Assembly: GCA_963771075.1 (NCBI GenBank)
Contig: CAVYSE010000011.1
Span: 256,001-320,000, forward strand
Direction of reading: 5' to 3'
Length of the DNA: 64,000 nt
Source: a candidate division FCPU426 bacterium
GTDB taxonomy: Bacteria; Oederibacteriota; Muellerivitia; Muellerivitales; Muellerivitaceae
Shown: in pieces, positions 28,660 to 36,846 of the stretch
Layout of the letters: each line of letters starts with the position of its first letter
Position numbering within the stretch: position 1 is the first letter of the stretch
Notes under the pieces: model-generated
Seen by the model: only the letters and a program-made list of their open reading frames with translations
What the model was told of the DNA's origin: nothing
The model's database searches: none
Position numbers and translations under genes: made by a program

Positions 28660-31347
28660 ATGACTGATCAACGACCCGATCCCGATGCCCTCTTAAGGCG
28701 TTTCAGGGATGAGGAAGAAAGCAAAAACCGGGGAAAACTCAGGATATTTTTCGGTTATGCCCCGGGGGTGGGCAAAACCTACGCCATGCTCCAAGCCGCG
28801 CAGGCCAAGAAGGCCCAAGGCGGGGATGTGGTGGTGGGAATCGTGGAAACCCACGGCCACCCCGGGATGACGGCCCTCCTGGAGGGATTAGAGATCATCC
28901 CTCCCTTGGAAATTCATCAAGATAACCAACCCTGGAAGGAACTGGATTTGGACGGGGCCTTGAGCCGCAAGCCCCGGCTGTTATTGGTGGACGACCTGGC
29001 CACCATCAACGCGAAGGGGTCCCGCCACTTGAAGCGATGGCAGGATATCCAGGAGCTTCTTCTCAGTGGTATTAATGTCTATACCACCCTCAATGTCCAG
29101 CACCTGGAAAGCCTGAACGATATCATCAACCGGATCACGGGAACCATCGTTTGGGAAACCCTTCCGGACTCGGTCTTGGAAAAGGCGGATGAGGTGGAGC
29201 TGGTCGACCTTCCCCCCGACGATTTGATCGAGAGGCTCGCGGAAGGGAAGGTGGACATCTCGGCGCAAGACCCCCGGGCCATGCAAAATTTCTTCCAAAA
29301 AGCGAACCTGGTGGCCCTGCGGGAGATGACCTTCCGCATGGTCGCGGACCGCTTGAACGACCAGGTCCAGGCGTTAAGGCGGGACCAGGCGGCCATCCCG
29401 AACTGGGAAACCCAGGATCACCTGCTGGTCTGCGTGGGCCCTACCCTTTCCTCGGCGAACCTGGTGCGGACCGCCCACCGCATGGCCAAGGCCCTCCGGG
29501 TCGACTGGATCGCAGTCTACGTTGAAACACCGGCCCAAGCCCGGCAGGCGGAAGCCGAATCCCGGGCGATCCTGAATCTTCGCCTCGCCGAACAATTGGG
29601 AGGGGAAGCGGTGCTCTTGAGCGGGGTAGATTTCGCGGAGGAAGTCATCGACTTCGCCAAGGCCCGTAAAGTCTCGAAGATTTTGGTGGGCCAGCCGAGA
29701 GAAAGGCCCTGGTGGAAAATCCTCAGCCGATCGCCCGTGGACCAGCTTTTACACCAAGGCCCCGATATCGACATCTACGTCACCAAATGGGAGACACCCT
29801 TTACGCCCAAACCACCGGGCCGGGGGAAACCCTTGAAAATAAACTGGTTGGGATACGGCTTGGCCGCGGTTTGCACGGCCGTTTGCACCGGGCTGGCTTG
29901 GCTGATTTTCCCGCCGGAACTGAAAACCAACCTGGACCTGCCCAACGACACCATGGTCTTCCTCCTGGGCAGCCTGGCCTTCGCCGCCATGCAGGAAATC
30001 GGGCCTTCGATATTTTTTTCCATCCTGAGCGTGCTGTGCCTCGACTTCTTCTTCACCCCACCCCTCTTCGAGTTCGACGTATCCGATAACCGTTATATAT
30101 TGGTTTTTTTCGTCATGCTTTTCGTCTCCCTTTCCATTAACGGCCTGATGTTGAGGGTGAGGGCCCAGGCCCGCCTTTCCCGTATCCAGGAACGGCGCAC
30201 GACCGCGCTTTACGGCCTATCCCGGGACCTGGCTTCCAACCGGGGGACGGACGAGCTGCTCATGATCGCCATCAAGCATATCTCCGATTTCTTCGAGAGC
30301 TCGGTGGTGGCTCTCTTGCCCGACGAAAAGGGTGTCCTGAGGGCGCGAGGCGGGGACCTGGCAGACTTTAATTTATCCTCGAAGGAAATGGCGACCGCTC
30401 ACTGGACCTTCGACCTTGGCCAGATGGCCGGCCGGGGTACGGAAACCCTGCCGGGCGCCGAGGCCCTTTACCTGCCCCTCTTGGCCACGGGGGCGCCGGT
30501 GGGCGTGCTGGCCGTCAAGCCCCGCTTCACGGAAAAGTCCTTTATCCCCGAGCAACTTCATCTTTTGGAGGCCTTCGCCCACCAGACGGCCCTGGCCGTG
30601 GCCGGGGACGAGTTGGCGGAAAAGCAGAAACAAACCCAGGTCGAGATAGAAACGGAAAAGCTCCGGAGCTCGCTTCTCAGTTCCGTTTCCCACGACCTGC
30701 GAACCCCCCTGGCCACGATCAAGGGTTCCATTGGCGGATTGCTGGAAGCGGGGGAACAACTGGGGGCGGCGACCCGGCGGGATTTCCTCGAGAACATCCA
30801 CGATGAGGCCGACCGGCTGGAACGACTGGTCAATAACCTGCTGGAAATGACCAAACTGGAGTCGGGGGCCATCCAGGCGGTCAAGGTCGCCAATTATCCC
30901 GAGGAGGTCATTGGGTCGGCCATTTCACGGGTCGAAAAGAGGCTCGGGAACCGAACTCTCAATACCCGGATCCCGTCTGATCTCCCAACCGTCCCCATGG
31001 ACGGTCTTTTGATTGAGCAGGTTTTGGTGAACCTATTGGATAATGCCTTGAAGTACACCGCGTCCGAGGCTGCCATCGAAATTTCCACTTGGACCTGGAA
31101 AAATCAATGGTTCGTGAGGGTGTCCGACTCGGGCCCGGGGGTCAAAGAGGAAAACCTCCCGAAGTTGTTCGACAAGTTTTTCCGCGGGGACCAATCGGGC
31201 AAAAAAACAGGTGCCGGTTTAGGTTTGGCCATCTGCAAGGGTATTATTGATATTCATGGGGGTGAATTAAGGGCGGAAAACCGGCCCGGAGGCGGGTTGT
31301 CCTTTGAATTCTTTTTGCCCATCGCTAGCTCAAACCCAATCACCTAA
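28660..31347 (+). CDS. kdpD: KdpD sensor histidine kinase, copy 2 (divergent N-terminal motifs)
   Basis: GYAPGVGKT, TTLNVQHLESLND, SHDLRTPL, GAGLGLAI; same architecture as copy 1. Confidence 0.93.
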   Translation: MTDQRPDPDALLRRFRDEEESKNRGKLRIFFGYAPGVGKTYAMLQAAQAKKAQGGDVVVGIVETHGHPGMTALLEGLEIIPPLEIHQDNQPWKELDLDGALSRKPRLLLVDDLATINAKGSRHLKRWQDIQELLLSGINVYTTLNVQHLESLNDIINRITGTIVWETLPDSVLEKADEVELVDLPPDDLIERLAEGKVDISAQDPRAMQNFFQKANLVALREMTFRMVADRLNDQVQALRRDQAAIPNWETQDHLLVCVGPTLSSANLVRTAHRMAKALRVDWIAVYVETPAQARQAEAESRAILNLRLAEQLGGEAVLLSGVDFAEEVIDFAKARKVSKILVGQPRERPWWKILSRSPVDQLLHQGPDIDIYVTKWETPFTPKPPGRGKPLKINWLGYGLAAVCTAVCTGLAWLIFPPELKTNLDLPNDTMVFLLGSLAFAAMQEIGPSIFFSILSVLCLDFFFTPPLFEFDVSDNRYILVFFVMLFVSLSINGLMLRVRAQARLSRIQERRTTALYGLSRDLASNRGTDELLMIAIKHISDFFESSVVALLPDEKGVLRARGGDLADFNLSSKEMATAHWTFDLGQMAGRGTETLPGAEALYLPLLATGAPVGVLAVKPRFTEKSFIPEQLHLLEAFAHQTALAVAGDELAEKQKQTQVEIETEKLRSSLLSSVSHDLRTPLATIKGSIGGLLEAGEQLGAATRRDFLENIHDEADRLERLVNNLLEMTKLESGAIQAVKVANYPEEVIGSAISRVEKRLGNRTLNTRIPSDLPTVPMDGLLIEQVLVNLLDNALKYTASEAAIEISTWTWKNQWFVRVSDSGPGVKEENLPKLFDKFFRGDQSGKKTGAGLGLAICKGIIDIHGGELRAENRPGGGLSFEFFLPIASSNPIT

Positions 31348-31370
31348 GACCTATGGAAGGGTCCTTTTGA

Positions 31371-32576
31371 ATGGAAAATTATTTTAAAAAATGGATATGG
31401 GTTATTTCGCTGTTTGCATGTATTTTTAAACCCGTGTTTGCCCAGGACATCTCAAATGTCCGGGTTCGCCTGGATTCTGGACAAAAACAAGTAGTTATTT
31501 CCTATGACCTAAGCGGATCAGGGGCCGTTGAAGGTGATTTAGTTCTTCAATTATCAAATGACCAGGGCAAGAGCTGGTCGGTGCTACCCCACGATGGATC
31601 GATCAGTGGAGATGTAGGAAGGGGAGTCCAATCCGGAATAGGCAAAAAAATTGTTTGGCAGGCGAGGGAAGACTTCAATGGATTAGTTCCCGATAATTTC
31701 ATGGCCCGATTATCCGTGGAAAAACTGGTTTCATCGGCCTCCTCGGGGCAATCTCCAGCGGAACTCCAACCCACTCTTGGCTTGGGGGAACAAGAAAAAG
31801 AAAATCAGGCCGAACTGGAAAAGAACCAGATTCTACCCCCGACCATGATTGGCAAGGATGGAGCCAACCGGATCTTGATCCCCGCCGGATATTTCATGAT
31901 GGGCTCGCCTGCCGGCAAGGGAGAGAAGAATGAGCAACCCCAGCACCGGGTTTGGATCAGCTCCTTTTATATGGATCGAAAGCTTGTAACTTTCGACCAG
32001 TACGACAGGTTTTGTGACGCCACCGAACGTGAAAAACCCCTGGACGGATTTATTCAATATAAACAACAGCCCCACTGGGGAAGGGGACAAAGGCCGGCCC
32101 TTAACGTTACTTGGAAAGAGGCGGTTGCCTACTGCAAGTGGGCCGGGGGCCGCCTACCCACCGAAGCCGAATGGGAAAAAGCCGCGCGGGGTGGAACGGG
32201 TACCATTTATTGTTGGGGAAACGACGCTGGCAAGACGGAGGATTACGCCTGTTTTGGTGATATTTCCAGACACATGACCTTTCCCGTAGGGCAATTCAAA
32301 CCCAACGGTTATGGGCTTTACGACATTGTGGGAGAACTTTGGGAATGGGTGTTGGATTGGTACGACCCGCAATATTATTCCGAAAGCCCGGAAAGGAACC
32401 CAGCCGGGCCCGATTCGGGTAATCTCAAGGTTTTGCGCGGAGGCTCCTTCGCCAACGGTTCGGATTGCCTGGCGGTGGCCCACCGGGCCGGATGGGACCC
32501 GGAAAAACAGGATGGTTTCGTGGAATTTGTCGGTCATGTTTACGAACATGGCTGCCGTTGTGTCCAAACGCCTTAG
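31371..32576 (+). CDS. Secreted FGE-sulfatase/SUMF1 (CLec-fold) domain protein
   Basis: Signal peptide; IPAGYFMMGS, RLPTEAEWEKAARGG, PNGYGLYDIVG, VLRGGS, GCRC. Confidence 0.88.
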   Translation: MENYFKKWIWVISLFACIFKPVFAQDISNVRVRLDSGQKQVVISYDLSGSGAVEGDLVLQLSNDQGKSWSVLPHDGSISGDVGRGVQSGIGKKIVWQAREDFNGLVPDNFMARLSVEKLVSSASSGQSPAELQPTLGLGEQEKENQAELEKNQILPPTMIGKDGANRILIPAGYFMMGSPAGKGEKNEQPQHRVWISSFYMDRKLVTFDQYDRFCDATEREKPLDGFIQYKQQPHWGRGQRPALNVTWKEAVAYCKWAGGRLPTEAEWEKAARGGTGTIYCWGNDAGKTEDYACFGDISRHMTFPVGQFKPNGYGLYDIVGELWEWVLDWYDPQYYSESPERNPAGPDSGNLKVLRGGSFANGSDCLAVAHRAGWDPEKQDGFVEFVGHVYEHGCRCVQTP

Positions 32577-32638
32577 CTCTTTCCTGAATTTGCAGATGAA
32601 GGTTACCCCCCCTTTTAAAAAAGGGGGGAGGGGGGGTA

Positions 32639-32995
32639 TTAGCCTTCGATGACCGCCTTGAGAATCTTCTCTAAAACCGCTTTGGTATCCCCCAACACTT
32701 GATGGTTATCAAAGCGAAACACCTGCAGGCCACGTTCCTTCGAAAACGAGGCCCGAAGGGCATCCTTATCTTTTCCTTCACGGTGGAAATGCTGACCGCC
32801 GTCTAATTCAATGACCAGCGCGGCCTTGGAACAATAGAAATCCACAATATATCCGCCAATTATCCTTTGCCGGTAAAAGCAAGCCCCCGCCAGCTGCTTG
32901 CGACGAAGACGAGACCAGAGAAGGCGTTCGGCATCCGTCATATTACGGCGTAATTTCTTGGCGACCGAAGTCAGGCCCCGGCGGTAAGTCAACAT
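32639..32995 (-). CDS. DUF559 / Vsr-like endonuclease domain protein
   Basis: LRRNMTDAERLLWSRLR, FYRQRIIGGYIVDFYC, IELDGGQH, RFDN; flanked by CCCCCTTT..AAGGGGG palindromes (32605-32640, 33000-33023). Confidence 0.88.
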   Translation of the reverse strand: MLTYRRGLTSVAKKLRRNMTDAERLLWSRLRRKQLAGACFYRQRIIGGYIVDFYCSKAALVIELDGGQHFHREGKDKDALRASFSKERGLQVFRFDNHQVLGDTKAVLEKILKAVIEG

Positions 32996-33165
32996 CGAAT
33001 ACCCCCCTTTTCCAAAGGGGGGATAGTCAATGGCCATGTTATTGAACATGGCTGCCGTTGCGCGCAAACGCCTCAAATTACGAAAACTTATTACCGCGAA
33101 GACGCGAGGAAAATTGATAACCAAAGATAACGTCTAGCGAAATTTTAACGTCATTCTCTGGAATT

Positions 33166-33230
33166 ATAACTGGCTGCTAACGATTCTGTCGTTCCTCCTA
33201 ACAACGGCCTAACCCTCCCCAAAATATAAT
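33166..33230 (+). promoter_or_regulatory. Putative KdpE-type promoter (upstream of a tandem pair)
   Basis: ATAAC-N6-CTAAC (33166); CTAAC-N6-CTAAC (33198); 11 bp; TATAAT. Confidence 0.65.
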
Positions 33231-33383
33231 TCTTCATGTATACCGGGATTATTTGAAAAAGGTCCTAGGGAAAGACCTCCCGGCCACGGCGAAAATTTCT
33301 GCTTGGAAATTGGAAGAGGCAAAAGAAACCCTCCCGAGCCTTTGCCTATGACCACGAAAAGCTGGTATTCGGAAGAGGCTGTT

Positions 33384-33481
33384 CTAACGGCTTCTTAACA
33401 AGTACTCCCGTTCTTATAACGGCAACATAACGCCGATCAAGCCCCTTCTAACAGCAAGCTAACCCCCCCTGGACGTATATT
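33384..33481 (+). promoter_or_regulatory. Putative KdpE-type promoter with three repeat pairs at a 32-bp period
   Basis: CTAAC-N6-TTAAC (33384); ATAAC-N6-ATAAC (33416); CTAAC-N6-CTAAC (33448); 12 bp; TATATT. Confidence 0.78.
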
Positions 33482-33510
33482 TTTCCTGAAGCAAAAACGA
33501 GGAGGGTTCC

Positions 33511-33606
33511 ATGACACCGCAACTACTGATTTCCGTGGGAATGTCGTTGACTGTCGCTGGCCTGGCCTGCATGGCCTATATCCAGCTTTTCTGGAAAGAG
33601 AATTAA
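33511..33606 (+). CDS. 31-aa single-TM micropeptide MTPQLLISVGMSLTVAGLACMAYIQLFWKEN
   Basis: GAGGAGG RBS; first ORF after the triple-repeat promoter. Confidence 0.65.
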   Translation: MTPQLLISVGMSLTVAGLACMAYIQLFWKEN

Positions 33607-33701
33607 AGGATCCCAGGGCGGAGGGGAACGGGCACCCCTGAAAGCCTTGGTAAAAATGTAAAGAATGCCTGACGCAAATAGTCTTCATAAGGAGGACTCA
33701 G

Positions 33702-34145
33702 ATGAAAAATTTAAACAAAACGACAACCTTAGCGCTGGCCATGGCTATGGTGTTCGGGATAACCACCCTGAGTTTCGCCGGTAATCACCCGGCCTTGACC
33801 TATCCCCAAGGGGCGATTGCCACCTCGGATTCCCCGGCGCAAGTGGCCGAGACGAATCCATGGCACAAAGGCGCGCTTAAGTACGCTTCGGGGCTCGTCG
33901 TTTTCGGGCCTTGGTACACGAGTTGCCCCGTTAGTCACGCGGCGCTTAATTCCAAGCATCCGGGTGTCGTTGTCGCCTTGTCGAACGGGAAGTTGATCCT
34001 GCTGGCCAGCGCCGGGTTGAAAGGCGAAGTGGAGGCGAATCCCGGAAAATACGCCGCTTATATGTATGGTACGGCGTCGAGCGATAGGGCCTCCGACATT
34101 CATATGGCGGATGCCGCGGGTTCTACCGGGAATCAGAAGGACTAA
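33702..34145 (+). CDS. Secreted protein with degenerate YHS-like domain
   Basis: TAAGGAGG RBS; signal peptide; CPVS...NGKLILLAS...NPGKY pattern. Confidence 0.65.
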   Translation: MKNLNKTTTLALAMAMVFGITTLSFAGNHPALTYPQGAIATSDSPAQVAETNPWHKGALKYASGLVVFGPWYTSCPVSHAALNSKHPGVVVALSNGKLILLASAGLKGEVEANPGKYAAYMYGTASSDRASDIHMADAAGSTGNQKD

Positions 34146-34214
34146 CGCTTTCCACCAAAGCGTATTTGCGATAAGGACCGGGGTGGAGTTGGTTCCCGGT
34201 CCTGGAAATTCCTG

Positions 34215-34245
34215 AGGGGCGCGCGGAAATCCGCCGCCCCTTTTT
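34215..34245 (+). terminator. Intrinsic terminator just upstream of the PII genes
   Basis: AGGGGCG-CGCGGAAATCCGC-CGCCCC-TTTTT. Confidence 0.65.
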
Positions 34246-34280
34246 GTTTATCCTGTGAAAATCAGATGGAGGGGATCATC

Positions 34281-34655
34281 ATGAAAAAAATCGAGGCGAT
34301 TATCCGGCCCGCCAAATTCGAGGACGTCAAGGCGGCGTTGAAGGAAGCGGGTTACGGCGGATTGACCGTAACCGAGGTGGAGGGGCACGGGATGCAAAAG
34401 GGAGTCACCCAGCAGTGGCGGGGCCGTCAATACAAGGCGGAGCTCCTGCCCAAGATCAAGCTTGAGATCGTATGTCCCGCGAACGAGAAGGACAAAATTC
34501 TCAAGGCCATTATGCGAAGCGCCTACACGGGCCAGGTGGGGGATGGGAAGATCTTCGTTTATGAGGTAGGCGAGGCCTACCGGATCAGCAGCGGGGAATC
34601 GGGCGAGAAGGTCGTCATGCAGGAAAAAGAAACCAGGACGATGGCGGTACTCTGA
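34281..34655 (+). CDS. P-II family regulator 1 (GlnK/GlnB-like)
   Basis: MKKIEAIIRP, GHGMQKG, WRGRQY (Tyr51 equivalent), LPKIKLEIV, TGQVGDGKIF. Confidence 0.92.
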   Translation: MKKIEAIIRPAKFEDVKAALKEAGYGGLTVTEVEGHGMQKGVTQQWRGRQYKAELLPKIKLEIVCPANEKDKILKAIMRSAYTGQVGDGKIFVYEVGEAYRISSGESGEKVVMQEKETRTMAVL

Positions 34656-34676
34656 AAAACAGATTGGCGGTTTATC

Positions 34677-35063
34677 ATGTTAAAAATCGAAGCCATTATC
34701 CGGCCTGAAAGATTAGAGCTGGTCTGCGCGAAATTGAAGCGGGTGGGTTACCCGGGAATGATGGTGATGGAAATGGAAGGCCATGGGCGCCAAGGAGGCC
34801 TTCATTCCCATTGGCCGGCGGATTTGCGGATCCAATTTCTTCCCAAAGTGAGGATCGAGATCGTGATAGAAAACAAGGACCAGTTAAAAGTCATCAAGGC
34901 CATCCTTTCGGGTGCAAAGACCGGGGAAGAAGGAGATGGAAAGATATTTATCACCGAAATCAAGGAAGCCATCCGGATCCGCACCGGAGAAAGGGGCGTG
35001 AGCGCCCTTTCCCAGGAAAAGATCCAGCAACCCAAAAAGCAGGGAGTGTTGGCCCGCAATTAG
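34677..35063 (+). CDS. P-II family regulator 2 (altered T-loop)
   Basis: KIEAIIRP, GHGRQGG, FLPKVRIEIV, GDGKIF, RIRTGE. Confidence 0.9.
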   Translation: MLKIEAIIRPERLELVCAKLKRVGYPGMMVMEMEGHGRQGGLHSHWPADLRIQFLPKVRIEIVIENKDQLKVIKAILSGAKTGEEGDGKIFITEIKEAIRIRTGERGVSALSQEKIQQPKKQGVLARN

Positions 35064-35096
35064 GAGAGATTTCTATTTAAAGGAGTAATTAAAAGT

Positions 35097-35432
35097 ATGA
35101 AACGTATTGAAGCCATCGTCCGGCCCAATGCCTTAAGGGCCGTATTGGAAAGTTTGGAAGCCATTGGATATCCGGGCGTGACGGTCCAGGAAGCCCAAGG
35201 ACATGGGACGCAGAAGGGCGCAACGGATATCTACCGCAGTCAAAGCGTCGAGGGTCTCCTCCCAAAATTGGTGGTTTCCATGGTGGTGGAGGACCCTCTC
35301 GTTGAGAAAACCATTGATTCCATCGTTAAGGCCGCACGCAAGGGTGAAATCGGGGACGGAAAGATTTTTGTTTACTCGGTCGTGGACGCGGTTCGGATTC
35401 GCACGGGCGACAGGGGCAAGGCCGCGCTCTGA
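35097..35432 (+). CDS. P-II family regulator 3
   Basis: RIEAIVRP, GHGTQKG, LLPK, GEIGDGKIF, RIRTGD. Confidence 0.9.
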   Translation: MKRIEAIVRPNALRAVLESLEAIGYPGVTVQEAQGHGTQKGATDIYRSQSVEGLLPKLVVSMVVEDPLVEKTIDSIVKAARKGEIGDGKIFVYSVVDAVRIRTGDRGKAAL

Positions 35433-35541
35433 TTTAGCTGACAGTCCGCAGCTCGCAGTTCGCGGGAAAATCTTTAAAAGCCTAACTGCCAACTGCGTAC
35501 TATGTTTTCCTGCGAATGGCTAACCATTACAAAGTGATCAA

Positions 35542-35973
35542 TTATCCCTTCGGTTGTTTCCCGCTGAGGATCCACACGTATAACCCGTATCCCAGAATGG
35601 CGGCCACCAGCAAAGGGCCGCATAGGAGTTTCACATCCTCCCAGTTGCCCATCATACTTACAGCCCGGGTCCATATATTCCAATGACCGGGAATCCTTCT
35701 CCAAAAGGCGGTGATAAAAAAAACGCTCCCAAGCATGACTAACATGTCGAACATATAGAGGGGACGTTCCTGTCTTTCGAATAGATGGAAAATAAAATCC
35801 GACGCCAGAAATACCGGGAGTACCGACAACGTTGTGAAAAGCCCATAGACCAATGTGTTTGGCAGGGAAGAACACCATAAATAATCTACGGTTCCCTTGG
35901 CGGCCAAGTAAAAAATATCAAAACAAGCGAACCGGACGAAAACTTTCAAGAGATACATCGGGAACCTTTCCAA
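35542..35973 (-). CDS. Hypothetical integral membrane protein
   Basis: About four hydrophobic segments; fills the gap between operons; start uncertain. Confidence 0.55.
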   Translation of the reverse strand: MERFPMYLLKVFVRFACFDIFYLAAKGTVDYLWCSSLPNTLVYGLFTTLSVLPVFLASDFIFHLFERQERPLYMFDMLVMLGSVFFITAFWRRIPGHWNIWTRAVSMMGNWEDVKLLCGPLLVAAILGYGLYVWILSGKQPKG

Positions 35974-36132
35974 TCAAAAATACTCGCCTCGTGACGATTC
36001 ATCCTAGTGCGCCGCCTGGCGTTTGAACAACCGGATTATATTATTTTCCCGCAAGAGAAATGTTTTTAATACTTTCCTAATTTTTCACCCGCCTGATGCC
36101 GCCTTATTGAAATTAACATTTGTTAATTTACA

Positions 36133-36197
36133 TTAATATTTTCCTAACGTTTCCCGCCAACTTCTAACAGCAACCTAACGCGCGCCCGCAGTACACT
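36133..36197 (+). promoter_or_regulatory. Putative KdpE-type promoter, probably leaderless transcript
   Basis: TTAAT-N6-CTAAC (36133); CTAAC-N6-CTAAC (36164); 12 bp; TACACT; ATG 6 nt later with no RBS. Confidence 0.7.
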
Positions 36198-36203
36198 TCC
36201 GCC

Positions 36204-36821
36204 ATGAAGAATTCACATTTGTTAATTTTGATGAGCGAGACGAAACTTTCGCCCGAGCAATTGGCGAAGAGACTGGGGATCTCCAACATGTCCATCCGCC
36301 GCTGGATGAAAAATTCTCCGAACGCGAAGGTACCGGCGATCTACGAAAAGACGGTTTGGGACGCCGTCTACCAGATGGTCGCGGAGGGAATGCTTTCACC
36401 CGAATCAGCTTTCGTCCGGAAGGCCGTGAAGGAAAGCCAGCGGTTTTATTTCAGGGCCGCCATCAAGAGCCTGGGCTTCAAGGGGACGACGCGGGGAAAA
36501 GCGAAGTTCTCGGTGAATTCCATCATGAAGGGGCTTTCCGAGATCGGGGCCCAGGAAGGGCACCAAACGGTCGTGGAAAAGGATAAAAAGAAAATCAATT
36601 CATTCATCAGGCTGGGACGGGATTGGAAAGAAAGAATCACCGCCTTGATGAAAGTGACCGCCAGTCAAAGCCTTTCCGAAAGGGACAAGCTCGTGGCCTA
36701 TGGGGCGTTGTTTTACCTGCTCTGCCCTTTGGACCTGATCCCGGATAACGTTCCGGTGTTTGGGATGATGGACGATTACTGCGTGCTGGGTTTGGCGGCT
36801 GCGCATTACGCCGAAAAATAA
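36204..36821 (+). CDS. HTH + DUF1232 (YkvA-like) fusion protein
   Basis: N-terminal SPEQLAKRLGISNMSIRRW HTH; C-terminal YLLCPLDLIPDNVPVFGMMDD DUF1232 motif. Confidence 0.78.
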   Translation: MKNSHLLILMSETKLSPEQLAKRLGISNMSIRRWMKNSPNAKVPAIYEKTVWDAVYQMVAEGMLSPESAFVRKAVKESQRFYFRAAIKSLGFKGTTRGKAKFSVNSIMKGLSEIGAQEGHQTVVEKDKKKINSFIRLGRDWKERITALMKVTASQSLSERDKLVAYGALFYLLCPLDLIPDNVPVFGMMDDYCVLGLAAAHYAEK

Positions 36822-36846
36822 AAAATTTTGTTCAGGTGAGTGGACC

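Noticed and set aside
32532..33073. Diversity-generating retroelement (CLec-fold target with a repeated 3' end)
   Set aside because: The repeat is only 42 bp, mismatches are not confined to adenines, and no reverse transcriptase is in the window
33384..33463. CRISPR-like array (32-bp periodicity)
   Set aside because: Only 5-bp words repeat; there are no 25-40-bp direct repeats with unique spacers and no cas genes
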